This document shows, piece after piece, positions 17,526 through 29,612 of a DNA stretch of 45,611 nt. The notes beneath the pieces were generated by a model. That model was given only the letters and a program-made list of their open reading frames with translations. It did no database searches and had not been told where the DNA came from. A program made the translations under genes and the position numbers. The stretch is from the IMG/VR virus record IMGVR_UViG_3300027975_000006, positions 1 to 45,611 of that record. One strand, given 5' to 3'. The stretch comes from a virus. Lineage: Duplodnaviria > Caudoviricetes. How positions within the stretch are numbered: position 1 is the first letter of the stretch; every line of letters starts with the position of its first letter.

Positions 17526-18619
17526 TGCTCGGCTGTGGGGAGCATCAGGCGTTCATCGTGGCCCGTGGTGGCAACACGATCCTGTACGAGTTGGACCGGC
17601 TGGAGTTCGTGGACTGGGAGCGGACCCGCGACGACATCTCGCAGGCGTACGTCCGGGTCGGTGCGGGTGCGGGCTGCTGCGGGGAACTCGGCGGACTGCT
17701 GGCCGGGCACCACGAACTGCACCTGTACCGCAACGGGGACAAGGTGTGGGAGGGGCCGGTGGTCCGCCCGGAGTTCGCCGCCGACTCGGTGACGATCTAC
17801 GCGAACGACATCCTGTGGGTGGCGAAGAACACGGCGCTGGAGAAGGCGTACAACAAGGCGTTCCCGAACATCGCCAAGTGCGGGTGGGTGATGAACTGGC
17901 TGCTCAAGGACCAGACGTTCGCCAAGTACGGCGACCCGTGGAACGCTGACGATCGCATCAACTGGGTGCGGGGCTCGGATGACCCGTCCACGTCGGCTGC
18001 CGTGAAGGCGTGGTCGATGACGACATGGGAGGACTTCGACAAGTACGCCGAGGACCGTGGGATGGACTACACGGTGGTGGGGCGGGATGTCTACTTCTGG
18101 GACACGCACCTCAAGTGGATGACGCTGCCGTACCCGCTGGTCGCGGACTACATGACCGGGGGGATGGAGGTGGTGGAGTACGGCAATGAGTTCGCCACCC
18201 GGGTGATCGTGACGAACGGCAACGGGTACGCGTCGCAGGCGGTGGCCCCGGCGTGGGCGATCTCCAAGTACGGGTACCTCGATCACGTCATCTCGACGTA
18301 CAACGAGGCGGCAGGGCTGGAGGTGCCGACCTCGCAGGACTTGCGTTCGTGGCAGGAGCAGGCGCAGTCCTCGCTGGACGCGTCGTTCCCGGCGCCGGTA
18401 CGGGTACGGGTGCCGGACAACTCGACGCTGGTGCCGGACGCCCCGTACGGCATCAACGAACTGGTGGCCGGTGCGTGGGTGCAGGTGGTGTCCAACGACC
18501 TGTGCCGCTCGGTGGACCAGTGGCACAAGTTGGATCGGGTCCACGTCCGGCAGGAGGGCGGCGAGGAGAAGGTGTCGATCACGACGACGGCTGCGCCGGA
18601 GAACGTGGTGGAACTGTGA
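17525..18619 (+). CDS. Minor tail protein (baseplate hub-like)
   Basis: WERTRDDISQA, HELHLYRNGDKVWEGPV, GMDYTVVGR motifs. Confidence 0.75.
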   Translation: MLGCGEHQAFIVARGGNTILYELDRLEFVDWERTRDDISQAYVRVGAGAGCCGELGGLLAGHHELHLYRNGDKVWEGPVVRPEFAADSVTIYANDILWVAKNTALEKAYNKAFPNIAKCGWVMNWLLKDQTFAKYGDPWNADDRINWVRGSDDPSTSAAVKAWSMTTWEDFDKYAEDRGMDYTVVGRDVYFWDTHLKWMTLPYPLVADYMTGGMEVVEYGNEFATRVIVTNGNGYASQAVAPAWAISKYGYLDHVISTYNEAAGLEVPTSQDLRSWQEQAQSSLDASFPAPVRVRVPDNSTLVPDAPYGINELVAGAWVQVVSNDLCRSVDQWHKLDRVHVRQEGGEEKVSITTTAAPENVVEL

Positions 18620-18879
18620 AGTCGAATCGTCTGGACTCGCAGGACAACTTCCTGTCGTGGATGCGGTTGGTCAACAAGCGGGTCGCCCGGCTGGAGCGCA
18701 AGGGGCGCGTGGACCTGCTCCCGGGCACGGTGGAGGACGTGGCGCTGCTCGGTGCTCTCGCGGTCCGCACGCGGGACGAGATTCCTGATCTGGAGCCCGG
18801 CACCACGGTGTTCGTCCTCGATGAGGGCGCGGTGTACGAGCAAGACCCCGTGACGCGCGCGTGGGAACCGGCCCCGTAG
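18616..18879 (+). CDS. Small minor tail protein (87 aa)
   Basis: WMRLVNKRVARLER coiled coil plus PGTTVFVLDEGAVYEQDPVTRAW module; GTGA overlap. Confidence 0.6.
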   Translation: MKSNRLDSQDNFLSWMRLVNKRVARLERKGRVDLLPGTVEDVALLGALAVRTRDEIPDLEPGTTVFVLDEGAVYEQDPVTRAWEPAP

Positions 18880-18894
18880 CCGTCGTCGCCCCCC

Positions 18895-18900
18895 TACCAT
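18895..18900 (+). promoter_or_regulatory. Putative -10 element (TACCAT) upstream of the fibre region
   Basis: CTACCATGAG resembles CTACCGTGAG (46) and CTACGATGAC (35465). Confidence 0.35.
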
Positions 18901-18917
18901 GAGCGTCAGGAGGAACC

Positions 18918-20663
18918 ATGACGAGCAGGAACCCCGGCAACATCCCGCGCCCGGCGTCGGTTGAGGACTGCTACAGCCCGGCGTTCACCGCTGGTCCTCC
19001 CGGGCCGATCGGCCCGGATGGGGCGAAGGGCGACCTCGGCCCGACGGGTCCGACTGGTCCGTGTGGCCCGGTCGGTCCGACGGGTCCGTTCGGTGGTCCG
19101 ACGGGTCCGACGGGTGAGGCGGGGCCGTTGGGGCCCACGGGTCCGACGGGGCAGCAGGGGTTGCAGGGCTGGCAGGGTCCGGTCGGCCCGAAGGGTGACA
19201 AGGGTGACCGGGGCGACCGGGGACTCGACGGCCCAACGGGGCCGCAGGGTGTGCAGGGTGTGCAGGGCCAGCAGGGTGTGCTCGGCCCGACCGGTCCGTC
19301 GGGGGCTCAGGGTCCGACCGGTGCCGCCGGTGTCGCTGGTCCGACTGGGGTGCAGGGTCCGACCGGCGCGTCCGGCCCGACCGGTGCGCAGGGTGTGCAG
19401 GGCAACGCTGGCCCGACCGGTGCGTCCGGCCCGACGGGTGCCTCTGGTCCGACCGGGCCGCAGGGCTTGATCGGACCCACCGGGTCCACGGGGCCGACGG
19501 GGGTGTCCGGCCCCACAGGGTCGGGGGGTCCGACGGGGCCGACCGGTGCGACGGGTGCGGCGGGTACGTCGGTCAGCATCAAGGGTTCGGTCGCGTCGTC
19601 GGCGAACCTGCCGCCGACTGGGAACACGGCAGGCGATGGGTACATCACGAACGACACCGGCCACCTGTGGGTGTGGACCGGGAGCGCGTGGAGCGACGCC
19701 GGGCTGATCCGTGGCCCGTCCGGCCCGACCGGTGCCGCCGGGACGGTTGGCGCGACTGGCCCGACAGGTGCGTCGGGGGCGGCTGGCGCCACAGGTCCGA
19801 CCGGCGCCTCTGGCCCGCAGGGTGCGGCTGGGCCAACGGGGGCCGCAGGCGTGACCGGCCCCACGGGTGCGGCGGGAGCGGTTGGTGCCACCGGCCCGAC
19901 TGGGCGGACAGGGCCGACGGGGCTGACCGGGGCCACCGGCCCCACGGGTGCGACCGGGCTGACCGGGGCCACCGGGCCGACCGGGCCACAGGGCCCGCAG
20001 GGTGTGCAGGGCCAGCAGGGTGTGCAGGGAACACAGGGCGTTCCCGGGCCGACGGCGGTGTCCACCGACCCGGACAACATGGCGGTGCTCGGTGGTGACG
20101 GGCTGCTGTTCGTCCCCACCGTGACCGGTGGTGGGGACGGCAAGGATGAGGTCATCATCCAGCCGTCGCTGCCCGACAACCCCGATCTGGAACTGTGGGT
20201 GGACCCGAGTGCGTCAGCAGGGGCGCTGTCGCTGGAGCACTCGGCGCTGGCAGCGCTCGGCGCTGACGACCATCCGCAGTACCTCAACGACGCGCGTGGG
20301 GACGCCCGCTACCTTGCGCTGGCCGGTGGCACGCTGACCGGGCAACTGGCGCTCCCGGCCCCGCTGGGTGCATCCAACGCGGCCCGCAAGAGTGACGTGG
20401 ACGCGGTGGCGGGCCGCAGTGTGGTCGCGGGCAACGGCCTGACCGGCGGCGGCGCGCTGACTGCTGATCGCACGATCAACGTGGGCGCCGGGACGGGCAT
20501 CTCGGTGGCCGCTGATCTGGTGGCGCTGGACACCGCGTTCGCTGACGCCCGGTACTTGACCCGTGATGCGGGCACCGGGAACAGCGAGGCGGTCATCTCG
20601 TCCACGGCGGCACCGTCGGGCACGCCCAGCCAAGGAGTCGGCACCGTGTGGGTCCAATACTGA
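18918..20663 (+). CDS. Collagen-like fibre protein 1 (581 aa)
   Basis: Long GPT-rich Gly-X-Y tracts, [15 protein letters not shown] module, DDHPQY, C-terminal AAPSG...GTVWVQY. Confidence 0.9.
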   Translation: MTSRNPGNIPRPASVEDCYSPAFTAGPPGPIGPDGAKGDLGPTGPTGPCGPVGPTGPFGGPTGPTGEAGPLGPTGPTGQQGLQGWQGPVGPKGDKGDRGDRGLDGPTGPQGVQGVQGQQGVLGPTGPSGAQGPTGAAGVAGPTGVQGPTGASGPTGAQGVQGNAGPTGASGPTGASGPTGPQGLIGPTGSTGPTGVSGPTGSGGPTGPTGATGAAGTSVSIKGSVASSANLPPTGNTAGDGYITNDTGHLWVWTGSAWSDAGLIRGPSGPTGAAGTVGATGPTGASGAAGATGPTGASGPQGAAGPTGAAGVTGPTGAAGAVGATGPTGRTGPTGLTGATGPTGATGLTGATGPTGPQGPQGVQGQQGVQGTQGVPGPTAVSTDPDNMAVLGGDGLLFVPTVTGGGDGKDEVIIQPSLPDNPDLELWVDPSASAGALSLEHSALAALGADDHPQYLNDARGDARYLALAGGTLTGQLALPAPLGASNAARKSDVDAVAGRSVVAGNGLTGGGALTADRTINVGAGTGISVAADLVALDTAFADARYLTRDAGTGNSEAVISSTAAPSGTPSQGVGTVWVQY

Positions 20664-20673
20664 GGAGGTCCCC

Positions 20674-22395
20674 GTGCCGGTGTCGGTGTGGAACGGCTCG
20701 TCGTGGGTGCCTGCGAAGGCGATGCCCGTGTGGAACGGCTCGTCGTGGGTGGCGGGCAAGAAGGCGAAGGTGTGGAACGGCTCATCATGGGTGCTCGCAT
20801 GGGTGCCGCCAGTCGTCTCGGCCACCCTGTCGCTGTCCAAGACCGGGGTCAGCACGGGCGAGGCGTACAGCGTCACCCTGACCGCTCCGGGCGGGTTCCC
20901 CGAGGGTGCTGTGGTCACGTTCCGGTTCACCGGCTACTCGACCACGGTCAACCCGGCAGAGGGTGCGACGACGGCCACCATCTCTGGGGCATCGCACGCT
21001 TCGGCTGGGTCGTTCGCGTGGTACGCCGACGTGGCGACCAAGGGCGGCAACACCACGTTCGGGCCGACCACCCAGACGGCCACCGTTCCGGCGCCGACAC
21101 ACTTCCATGAGGTCGTTCCGGCTGGGTCGTCTCGGGCCCAGATTCAGGCGGCGCTGGACAGAGCCAGAAACTTCTTCGTCGCCAACCAGACCGGTACGGC
21201 AGTCAACTTCGACAACCATCTGACGATGGCCTGTGTCGAACTGGCCTCGGGCACGTACAACCTCGACGGCACCCTGTTCATGCGCCGTGGGGTGCGTCTG
21301 GTCGGTGCCGGGTCCGGTGCGTCGCGGCCCCTGCTGAACGCACCGGCTGTGGACTCGGTGGTGTTCCGCATTCAGGACAACGGCGGCGGCGGTTACAACT
21401 CACCGAACTACGACTGGTTGCTGGAGAACGTCCGCGTCAACTGCTCGGGGTGGACCGGTGGCATGTCGATCTCGCACTGCCGCCGGTTCCGTGTCAAGGG
21501 CTGCGACTTCTCCAACATGGGCGGGAAGAAGCACTACATCGAGATCAACTCGTCGGGCGGTGCGCGTGCGGACGGCACGTTCAACGTGGAGTTGCTGAAC
21601 TGCTACTTCACGATGTCGAACGCGTCATCCAACCCCGACAAGCCGCGTCGGGCTGAGGACGAGTGCGTGCAGTTGGACTACTCATGGGCGGGGTCGGCGT
21701 CGGACGTGGCTGACGACGGCACGGTGTCGAACAACGTGAGGGTGGAGGGCTGCACGTTCTACCGCGCACCGCGTGGCATTGGCAGCCATCACTACGAGCA
21801 GGACGCCGGGAACGGGTACCCCAAGGGCATCCCCGCGAACATCCTCGTCCAGAACAACACCTTCCAAGAGATCGACCCGAACACCTACGGCAACGGGGCG
21901 AACGGCGCCGGGTCGGAGGGGGCGTTCCGGGCCTACGTGTGGTCGAACGTGCAGGTGTTGAGCAACACGTTCATCGACTGCTTCCAGCCGATCAACTTCT
22001 ACATCAACGAGAAGGCGATCACAGCCAACGGTGAGCCCCGGTTCTACCGGGTGGCCGGGAACGTGATCCGCAACAAGACCTCGACCCGCCCGGGTATCAC
22101 CGCGACTTCGGGGCACGCGTCGATGCGCCATGAGCAGGTGATCGTGGAGTTGAACAACGTGGACGGCACATGGGGCGGTTCGGACTACTTCGTGGCAATC
22201 GAGGACACCGGCACTGAGACGCTGCCTTCGTCGGTTCACACGGTCGTCATCCGCGAGAACCTGTTTGCACCGTCGAACCTGTCGCTGGCTGCGGAGCAGG
22301 CGTACAACAAGTACCGGGAGAAGGGCAGTAACAACGCGGGCGCGGTGATCGTCTACGACAACACTGTCAGCGACGGCTCGATCGACAACTCGTAG
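20674..22395 (+). CDS. Putative receptor-binding/depolymerase protein with right-handed beta-helix (573 aa)
   Basis: 3x VWNGSSW at the N-terminus, Ig-like segment, IQAALD...LASGTY...GVRLVG then Asn-rich beta-helix repeats. Confidence 0.75.
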   Translation: MPVSVWNGSSWVPAKAMPVWNGSSWVAGKKAKVWNGSSWVLAWVPPVVSATLSLSKTGVSTGEAYSVTLTAPGGFPEGAVVTFRFTGYSTTVNPAEGATTATISGASHASAGSFAWYADVATKGGNTTFGPTTQTATVPAPTHFHEVVPAGSSRAQIQAALDRARNFFVANQTGTAVNFDNHLTMACVELASGTYNLDGTLFMRRGVRLVGAGSGASRPLLNAPAVDSVVFRIQDNGGGGYNSPNYDWLLENVRVNCSGWTGGMSISHCRRFRVKGCDFSNMGGKKHYIEINSSGGARADGTFNVELLNCYFTMSNASSNPDKPRRAEDECVQLDYSWAGSASDVADDGTVSNNVRVEGCTFYRAPRGIGSHHYEQDAGNGYPKGIPANILVQNNTFQEIDPNTYGNGANGAGSEGAFRAYVWSNVQVLSNTFIDCFQPINFYINEKAITANGEPRFYRVAGNVIRNKTSTRPGITATSGHASMRHEQVIVELNNVDGTWGGSDYFVAIEDTGTETLPSSVHTVVIRENLFAPSNLSLAAEQAYNKYREKGSNNAGAVIVYDNTVSDGSIDNS

Positions 22396-22409
22396 GGGAG
22401 GATGACGCC

Positions 22410-24524
22410 ATGAGCCTGCTGATGGTGACGGTGTTCGACCGGTACTTGCGTGCCGATGGGACGCCGCACACGGGCAGTGTCGCGTTCACCCCGCTGACGA
22501 CGGCGCCGAACATCAACGCACCGGGCACCGTGACGGAGACTCCGGTGGAGGCCCCGCTCGATGATGGGTCGTTCAGCGCGGAGTTGATCGACTCGTTCGA
22601 CCCGGGCTGGATGGTCGATGGCCCGGTGATCTACAAGGTGCGGGTCCGCCTCGATGGGGTGGACCTGACGTACCGGGCGATCTTCACCGGGTCGGAGCCG
22701 ATCCGGCTGTCCGACGTGCTGCCGACGGACTGTGTGCCGGGGCCGATCATCCCGGTGCCGGGCGCTCAGGGCCCGACTGGGCCGACGGGTTCTGCTGGCC
22801 CGACTGGGCCTCTGGGGCCGACCGGTCAGTCCGGGCCGACAGGGCCGACCGGCGCGCAGGGGCCGACGGGGATGCAGGGCCCGGCTGGCGCGCTGGGCCC
22901 GACCGGCGCTCAGGGTGCCGCTGGTGCGACCGGGCCGACCGGTGCATCCGGGGCCACGGGCGCGACCGGGGCGACAGGCGCTCCCGGTTCGACAGGCGCG
23001 ACTGGGCCGACTGGGGCGCAGGGCCCGGCTGGCTCCGCTGGGGCGCAGGGCCCGGCTGGCCCAACGGGGGCGACCGGTGCCACGGGTGCTACGGGGGCGG
23101 CCTCGACGGTACCGGGACCGACGGGGCCGACGGGTCAGATCGGCCCGACCGGCCCGACTGGTCGCACTGGCCCCACCGGCCCGCAGGGGATTCAGGGCAA
23201 CATAGGCCCCACGGGTGCCACTGGCCTGACGGGCGCGACCGGGGCGAGCGGCCCGCAGGGCATTCAGGGGCCGACTGGCGCTTCTGGTCCGCAGGGCAAC
23301 GTCGGCCCGACAGGACCACAGGGTGTCGTGGGTCCGACAGGTCCGACTGGGGTGCAGGGCGTGGCGGGTCCGACAGGTCCCACCGGGACTCAGGGCCCGC
23401 AGGGCATTCAGGGTCCGGTCGGTCCCACTGGAGCGATTGGCCCGACGGGTGCGTCCGGGCCGTCCGGGCCGTCCGGGCCGACTGGACCCACGGGGGCGAC
23501 TGGGGCTGCGTCCACGGTGCCCGGCCCCACCGGGCCGACTGGTTCGCAGGGCCAGCCGGGCACGGGTGTCACGATCAAGGGTTCCGTCTCCAACTCGGGG
23601 GCGCTGCCGCCGACGGGGAACCAGACCGGCGACGGGTACATCACCACGGACACCGGCCATCTGTGGACGTGGGACGGCGACTCGTGGGTGGACGCTGGCC
23701 CGATCGTCGGCCCCACGGGTCCTGCTGGGCCGACTGGTCCCACTGGGGCGGCTGGCGGGACGTACACGATCATCCAGCCGGGCGACCCGGGCGACCCGAC
23801 CTTGCTGCCACCGGGCACGGCCAACGTGCCGCTGTGGGTGGACGAGGACGACTTCTCCTGCGGCACGGGCGGTGGTGGTGGTGGGGTCACCGATCACGGC
23901 GACCTGACGGGGTTGGCCGACCCGGACTCGCACCCGATCGGCGCGGTCACCGGGTTGCAGGCCGCTCTCGACGCGAAGGCCGATGTTGTCGCGTTCCTCC
24001 CGCTGATCCTGCCGGGGTCGTTCGTGGACCAGTCGTTCGTCGGACTGGCCCCGGGCACGATCGCCGGGGTGGCGAACACCATCGTGCTCGCCCCGTACGT
24101 GGCACCCAAGACGTTCTCCGTGGATCAGGTCGGCGTGTCGGTGTCCACGCTGATCGCGGGCGCGCTGGGCCGCATCGTCATCTACGACTCCACCGCCGCT
24201 GGGCTGCCGAACGCGCCGATCTTCGTGTCCGGTGACCTCGACTTCTCCACGACTGGCGACAAGGTGGCGGCGACGAGCCTGACGTTTCAGCAGGGCCGGA
24301 CGTACTGGATCGGGGTCTGGGCCTCCTCCACGGCGACGCTGCGCGGGATCGCAGTTGGCGGTGTGCGCTCGCTGGGTCTGCTGACGAACGCGGCTACTTC
24401 GTACGTGACGGCGCTGCGCCGGACGATCACCTTCGTCGGCGGTTCAGCCCCGAACCCGTGGAACTATGTGGCGGGTGACCGGCAGTCACTGGTCGTTCCG
24501 TCGGTGCGGATGAGGGTGGTCTGA
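22410..24524 (+). CDS. Collagen-like fibre protein 2 (704 aa)
   Basis: [14 protein letters not shown]-terminal anchor domain, Gly-X-Y tracts, C-terminal beta-rich globular domain. Confidence 0.9.
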   Translation: MSLLMVTVFDRYLRADGTPHTGSVAFTPLTTAPNINAPGTVTETPVEAPLDDGSFSAELIDSFDPGWMVDGPVIYKVRVRLDGVDLTYRAIFTGSEPIRLSDVLPTDCVPGPIIPVPGAQGPTGPTGSAGPTGPLGPTGQSGPTGPTGAQGPTGMQGPAGALGPTGAQGAAGATGPTGASGATGATGATGAPGSTGATGPTGAQGPAGSAGAQGPAGPTGATGATGATGAASTVPGPTGPTGQIGPTGPTGRTGPTGPQGIQGNIGPTGATGLTGATGASGPQGIQGPTGASGPQGNVGPTGPQGVVGPTGPTGVQGVAGPTGPTGTQGPQGIQGPVGPTGAIGPTGASGPSGPSGPTGPTGATGAASTVPGPTGPTGSQGQPGTGVTIKGSVSNSGALPPTGNQTGDGYITTDTGHLWTWDGDSWVDAGPIVGPTGPAGPTGPTGAAGGTYTIIQPGDPGDPTLLPPGTANVPLWVDEDDFSCGTGGGGGGVTDHGDLTGLADPDSHPIGAVTGLQAALDAKADVVAFLPLILPGSFVDQSFVGLAPGTIAGVANTIVLAPYVAPKTFSVDQVGVSVSTLIAGALGRIVIYDSTAAGLPNAPIFVSGDLDFSTTGDKVAATSLTFQQGRTYWIGVWASSTATLRGIAVGGVRSLGLLTNAATSYVTALRRTITFVGGSAPNPWNYVAGDRQSLVVPSVRMRVV

Positions 24525-24525
24525 G

Positions 24526-26172
24526 ATGGCATCGCTCAAGTATTGGGACGGCGCGCAGTGGCAGTGCCTCGCCGTTGGTGCGACGGGTCCGACGGGTGTG
24601 GCCGGTCCCACCGGCCCGGTCGGCGACACCGGCGCGCAGGGACCGCTCGGCCCAACGGGACCGCAGGGTGTCGCTGGCCCCACCGGCCCGACAGGAGTGG
24701 GCGGTGCCGCTGGTGCGACTGGCCCGACCGGCCCGAGTGGGGCGTCCGGTCCTACTGGGCCGCAGGGCGGGATCGGCCCCACAGGCCCGACGGGTGCGTC
24801 AGGGACAGCCGGTACCGTCGGCCCGACCGGGCCGCAGGGCGTCGCTGGGCCAACCGGCCCCACTGGTGCGTCCGGGGCGGCAGGGTCCGTCGGTCCGACG
24901 GGTCCGACTGGGGCGTCCGGCACGGCGGGCTCCACGGGTAGCGCTGGTGCCACGGGTCCGACCGGCCCGACCGGCTCACAGGGCATTCAGGGTGTTGCCG
25001 GTCCGACTGGCCCGCAGGGCGTCATCGGGCCCACCGGCCCGCAGGGTGTGCAGGGCGTCATCGGCCCGACTGGTGCCACGGGTGCGGCGTCCACCGTCGC
25101 TGGCCCGACAGGTCCGACCGGTGCCAGCGGAACGGCTGGGTCCACGGGTGCGACCGGGCCGACGGGTGCGTCTGGCCCGCAGGGCATTCAGGGGCCGACT
25201 GGCCCGCAGGGCGTGCAGGGTATTCAGGGCAACACGGGGGCCACCGGGCCGACGGGTGCGAGCGGCACGGCTGGCACTGCGGGTGCGACCGGGCCGACGG
25301 GCGCGGTCGGGCCGACGGGACCGCAGGGCATTCAGGGTGTCGTTGGTCCCACGGGTGCGCAGGGCAGCGTGGGTCCGACCGGTCCGACGGGGGCGTCAGG
25401 AACGGCTGGCTCGACTGGGGCGACTGGACCCACCGGCGCATCCGGCCCAACGGGACCGGCTGGTTCCATCGGCCCCACTGGCCCCACTGGCGCGTCTGGA
25501 ACGGTGGGCCCGACAGGCCCCACGGGGGCCTCTGGTGCGACCGGCCCAACGGGTGCGTCCGGCACCGCTGGGACTGTCGGTGCGACCGGCCCGACCGGGG
25601 CGCCCGGCCCGACGGTGGTATCCACCGACCCAGACAACGCGGCCACTCTCGGCGGTGACGGGTACATCTACGTCGATGCGTCCGGCATGGGCGGCGGCAC
25701 CGGGGATCATGGCGCCCTGACGGGGTTGGCCGACGACGACCACCTCCAGTACCCGCTGATGTTCGCGCAGCCGGACACCCCGCCGCTGCCGGTGCCGATC
25801 AGCGAGCGGACCGCGTTGTGGTGGGACACCGACGGCGACCCGGTGGGCACTGGTCCGGTGGGTCCGATCGGCCCGACGGGACCGACGGGTCCGCAGGGCA
25901 TCCAAGGGCCGACGGGGCCGACTGGGCCGCAGGGCATCCAAGGCATTCAGGGCATCCAAGGCATTCAGGGTGTGCAGGGTCCGACCGGGCCTACCGGCCC
26001 GCAGGGCAACGTCGGCCCGACGGGGCCGGTGGGTCCGACCGGGCCGACTGGTCCCACTGGATCGCAGGGCATTCAGGGCCCGACTGGCTCGACGGGACCG
26101 GTGGCGGTTGTGGTGTCCGCGGCTCGCCCGGTGTCACCGCCGGTGGGCACAATCTGGGCACCGGCCCCGTAG
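24526..26172 (+). CDS. Collagen-like fibre protein 3 (548 aa)
   Basis: [13 protein letters not shown]-terminus, very long Gly-X-Y tract, DDDHLQY, C-terminal PPVGTIW. Confidence 0.9.
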   Translation: MASLKYWDGAQWQCLAVGATGPTGVAGPTGPVGDTGAQGPLGPTGPQGVAGPTGPTGVGGAAGATGPTGPSGASGPTGPQGGIGPTGPTGASGTAGTVGPTGPQGVAGPTGPTGASGAAGSVGPTGPTGASGTAGSTGSAGATGPTGPTGSQGIQGVAGPTGPQGVIGPTGPQGVQGVIGPTGATGAASTVAGPTGPTGASGTAGSTGATGPTGASGPQGIQGPTGPQGVQGIQGNTGATGPTGASGTAGTAGATGPTGAVGPTGPQGIQGVVGPTGAQGSVGPTGPTGASGTAGSTGATGPTGASGPTGPAGSIGPTGPTGASGTVGPTGPTGASGATGPTGASGTAGTVGATGPTGAPGPTVVSTDPDNAATLGGDGYIYVDASGMGGGTGDHGALTGLADDDHLQYPLMFAQPDTPPLPVPISERTALWWDTDGDPVGTGPVGPIGPTGPTGPQGIQGPTGPTGPQGIQGIQGIQGIQGVQGPTGPTGPQGNVGPTGPVGPTGPTGPTGSQGIQGPTGSTGPVAVVVSAARPVSPPVGTIWAPAP

Positions 26173-26176
26173 CGCC

Positions 26177-27037
26177 ATGCCCACTCTGAATGCTCGCGCG
26201 TCGGTCGTCGCTGGCACCACGAACACGACGTGGGGCACGACGGCCAACGCGGTCGATGGCGCGTTCGGGGCCAACAACGCCACGTACTCGGTGTGGACGA
26301 ACACCACGGCCAACGCGGTCGGCACCATCGAGTTGGGGTTCGGCTCGCAGTTCGCCTCGATCCCTGCCGGGTCGGTCATCAACAGCATCACGGTGACGCT
26401 GCGACATCTGGAGTCGAACACGACCCGCCTTGCCAATGTGCAGTTCCAGCCGTGGGATGGCACGACTGCAATCGGCAGCCTGTTCACCGCCACCCGTGCT
26501 ACCTCCGCACGGTCGGACACGACCACGTTCAACCCGACGCTGGCACAACTCAAGTCGGCCACGTTCAAGGTCCGCGTCACCGCCACCCGGTTCAACGGCA
26601 CGCAGGCGGGCACGTTCTCCATCGACTACGTGGACGTGGTGGTGAACTACACGGTCCCCCCTGTCGCGTCGTTCACCGTGAACAAGACCACCATCGAGGT
26701 CGGCAAGACGGTGCAGTTCACCGACACGTCCACGAACTCCCCGGACACGTGGGGCTGGTTCATCACCCCGAGCGGGCAGACGAGCGTCATCCCGCCGGAC
26801 ACGCAGAACCCGCTGGTCACCTTCAATACGGTCGGCACGTACTCGGTGGTGTTGCGCGCAGGGAACTCGGCGGGGACGAACGACTCGGCCCCCACAGTCA
26901 TCGAGGTGACACCGCCGACGAAGGCCGTGGTCTGGAACGGGTCAGCATGGGTCGGTGGCGAGGCGTGGAATGGGGCAGCATGGGTGACACCCGAGGTGTG
27001 GAACGGAGCCGAATGGAAGCCGATGGAAGCGCCGTAG
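26177..27037 (+). CDS. Putative adhesin: beta-sandwich + PKD domain + 3x WNGxxW (286 aa)
   Basis: PVASFT...[16 protein letters not shown]...QNP...GTYSVVL PKD signature. Confidence 0.75.
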   Translation: MPTLNARASVVAGTTNTTWGTTANAVDGAFGANNATYSVWTNTTANAVGTIELGFGSQFASIPAGSVINSITVTLRHLESNTTRLANVQFQPWDGTTAIGSLFTATRATSARSDTTTFNPTLAQLKSATFKVRVTATRFNGTQAGTFSIDYVDVVVNYTVPPVASFTVNKTTIEVGKTVQFTDTSTNSPDTWGWFITPSGQTSVIPPDTQNPLVTFNTVGTYSVVLRAGNSAGTNDSAPTVIEVTPPTKAVVWNGSAWVGGEAWNGAAWVTPEVWNGAEWKPMEAP

Positions 27038-27053
27038 GGAGGATGATGAGCCG

Positions 27054-27773
27054 ATGGGCGTGTTGAAGGTTTGGGACGAGGTGACCCAGCAGTACGTGCC
27101 GGTCGTCGGCTCGCAGGGGCCCACGGGCCCGGTTGGCCCGACTGGCCCGGTCGGCCCCACGGGTCCGCAAGGCCCGCAGGGCGTCATCGGCCCGACCGGT
27201 CCGACCGGTCCGACTGGGGCGACGGGAGCGACGGGTCCGACGGGTCCGGGCGCCCCGCTGTCCTCGACTTCGGGCGCCGCGCTGACCCCGGACGTCGCTG
27301 GCGCCGTCGGCGTGGGCACGACAGCGGCCCGCGCGGATCACGTCCACAACGTCCCGGCTGCCGCCCCGGTCGCCAACCTGACCGCTGCCACCACGAACGC
27401 GGAGGGCACGGGGGCGTCGTTCGCCCGCAACGACCATGCGCACGCGATCACCGCGAACGTGGTCGCGTCGGCGCTGGGCGCGTCGGCGGCGGTCGGCACT
27501 TCGGCGGCGCTGGCCCGAGCCGACCATGTGCACCCGTTCCCGACGGCGGCGAACGTCGGCGCTGACCCGGCTGGGTCCGCGACAACGGCACGCAATGACG
27601 CCTACTCCTACACCGACGGGCAGTTGGCAGGCCACGAGGCGGCGGCGGACCCCCACCCGCAGTACCTCACCGCAGCAGAGGCCGCCGCGCTCAAGGAGGT
27701 GGAGGTCGGAACCACGGCACCGACTGATCCGTCAGTGCTGCTGTGGATTGACGAGGGGAGCAACTACCCCTGA
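27054..27773 (+). CDS. Collagen-like fibre protein 4 with HxH repeats (239 aa)
   Basis: MGVLKVWD N-terminus, short Gly-X-Y tract, 3x ARxDHx[13 protein letters not shown]-terminal [13 protein letters not shown]. Confidence 0.85.
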   Translation: MGVLKVWDEVTQQYVPVVGSQGPTGPVGPTGPVGPTGPQGPQGVIGPTGPTGPTGATGATGPTGPGAPLSSTSGAALTPDVAGAVGVGTTAARADHVHNVPAAAPVANLTAATTNAEGTGASFARNDHAHAITANVVASALGASAAVGTSAALARADHVHPFPTAANVGADPAGSATTARNDAYSYTDGQLAGHEAAADPHPQYLTAAEAAALKEVEVGTTAPTDPSVLLWIDEGSNYP

Positions 27774-28315
27774 TGGCTGTCCTCAAGTACCGGCGTTCGT
27801 CCGATGGGGCGATCGTGCTGCAACCTCTCAAGGGGCCGACTGGCCCCACTGGTCCACAGGGGACCGCTGGTGGCACTGGGCCGACAGGTCCGACGGGGCC
27901 GGGTGGGGCGACTGGGTTGCGCGGCCCGACCGGCCCGACTGGTGCGCAGGGTGTTGTCGGCGACAAGGGTGCGACTGGTGACACTGGAGCCCAAGGACCG
28001 CAGGGTGCTCAAGGTGCGCAGGGTCCGGGTGGGGCGGCGGGCTCTCCTGCTGGGATCACGTTCCGGCGCGGGGAGGCGGCCATCACACCGGTGACCAACA
28101 CCTCCACCGGTGTCGGCATCTCCTACTCCGGGTTCACGTCCGCCCCGACGGTGTTTGCGTGCGCGCGCACGACGGTTCCCGGGACCGTCGTCTCGTGCGG
28201 CGCGTACACCGGCCCGAGCACCACCAGTTCAGCGGTGAACGTGGTCCGGTCGAACACCACCACCACGTACGTGCAGTGGATCGCTGTCGGCGTGGGAACG
28301 CCGAGCACCCAATGA
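27773..28315 (+). CDS. Short collagen + H-type-lectin-like head, cassette 1 chain alpha
   Basis: 24 Gly-X-Y triplets; head with FTSAPTV...TTVPGTV...RSNTT...WIAVG. Confidence 0.85.
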   Translation: MAVLKYRRSSDGAIVLQPLKGPTGPTGPQGTAGGTGPTGPTGPGGATGLRGPTGPTGAQGVVGDKGATGDTGAQGPQGAQGAQGPGGAAGSPAGITFRRGEAAITPVTNTSTGVGISYSGFTSAPTVFACARTTVPGTVVSCGAYTGPSTTSSAVNVVRSNTTTTYVQWIAVGVGTPSTQ

Positions 28316-28860
28316 GCGTCGTGCGCTACAGGCGCTCATCGGATGGGGCGTGGACCCTGCTGGACCTCCCCTCTGGCCCGACGGGGCCGCAGGGGAACGC
28401 GGGCCCCGTCGGCCCCACTGGGCCCACCGGGCCGACGGGCAACACTGGGGCAACGGGTGGGACCGGCCCTACTGGCCCGCAGGGGGCGAAGGGCCTCACC
28501 GGCGACAAGGGTGCCACGGGCGCTCAGGGCATTCAGGGTCCACAGGGTCCGCAGGGCGCCGTCGGCCCTGACGGCGACCCATCCACGGGCGGCTACGGAT
28601 CGCTGCGGTGGCGTATCGCGTGGGGCACGGTGTTCGTCAACGCTGCCGCCACTGCGCACACGGCATGGTCGGCGGGGTTCGGGTTCAACTACACCGGCGG
28701 CCTGACCGCGATCTGCACCGGGGTGAAGAACAACTGGGGCGACACGACGGCGGGTGCTGGCCTGACCGCGCACAACGCAGGCAGCGTGGAGGGCGTGATC
28801 TACAACAAGGGCGGCGCGGACTCCTGCTACGTGGCGTGGATGTCGTGGGGGTACTGGTGA
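28312..28860 (+). CDS. Short collagen + lectin-like head, cassette 1 chain beta
   Basis: ATGA overlap; 23 triplets; head with ICTG...GAG...YVAWMSWG. Confidence 0.85.
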   Translation: MSVVRYRRSSDGAWTLLDLPSGPTGPQGNAGPVGPTGPTGPTGNTGATGGTGPTGPQGAKGLTGDKGATGAQGIQGPQGPQGAVGPDGDPSTGGYGSLRWRIAWGTVFVNAAATAHTAWSAGFGFNYTGGLTAICTGVKNNWGDTTAGAGLTAHNAGSVEGVIYNKGGADSCYVAWMSWGYW

Positions 28861-28861
28861 C

Positions 28862-29380
28862 ATGGCTGTCTTGAAGCGACGCACGGGGCCGGACACGTGG
28901 GAGATCGTCGGCTTGCGCGGTCCGACTGGTCCGGCTGGTCCGGCTGGCAACGCGGGGGCGCAGGGTCCGACGGGGCCGCAGGGTGCCACGGGTGGAACGG
29001 GGCTGGTCGGCGCGACCGGGCCCACTGGTCCGCAGGGCACCAAGGGCGCGGTCGGCAACACCGGGGCGCAGGGTGCGCAGGGCATTCAGGGCGGTGGCGG
29101 GGTGCAGGGGCCGAAGGGCCCTAACCACTACTGGCAGATCAGGGCTGGCTCGCCGACGATCACCCCGGTCGCCAACACGAACACGGCCCTGTCGGTGGCG
29201 TTCTCCGCAGCGTTCAGGGTGGTGCCGACGGTGGTCGTGTCGGCGCGGTCGTCAGTGATCGGGACGACTGTGCGCAACGTGGCTGTGAACACACCGACTG
29301 CGGGTGAGGTCACCATCTACGTCTACCGTACGAACACGACCGCAACGGTCGTTGACTACTTCGCCGTCGGCGAGCGATGA
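28862..29380 (+). CDS. Short collagen + lectin-like head, cassette 1 chain gamma
   Basis: 24 triplets; head with [10 protein letters not shown]...VYRTNTT...VDYFAVG. Confidence 0.85.
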   Translation: MAVLKRRTGPDTWEIVGLRGPTGPAGPAGNAGAQGPTGPQGATGGTGLVGATGPTGPQGTKGAVGNTGAQGAQGIQGGGGVQGPKGPNHYWQIRAGSPTITPVANTNTALSVAFSAAFRVVPTVVVSARSSVIGTTVRNVAVNTPTAGEVTIYVYRTNTTATVVDYFAVGER

Positions 29381-29390
29381 GGAGAGAACA

Positions 29391-29612
29391 GTGACAGGTC
29401 CATTCACGGCAGGCCAGCGTGTGCGAGTGCACTGGGATGGAGACGACTCGGTGCTGGAGGGCAACCTCGGCCAACTGGAGTTCGAGAGCAAGGACGACCT
29501 CATCATCGGGTGGGGCAACCAGATGGTGCACTTCTGGGACGGCAAGGAGGGCACGATGACCTACATCTTCGCCCTGCCGGACGTGACCATCGAGATCGTG
29601 AGTGAGCCGTGA
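29391..29612 (+). CDS. Small beta-rich hypothetical protein (73 aa)
   Basis: GAGGAG RBS, GTG start, stop overlaps the methyltransferase start. Confidence 0.65.
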   Translation: MTGPFTAGQRVRVHWDGDDSVLEGNLGQLEFESKDDLIIGWGNQMVHFWDGKEGTMTYIFALPDVTIEIVSEP

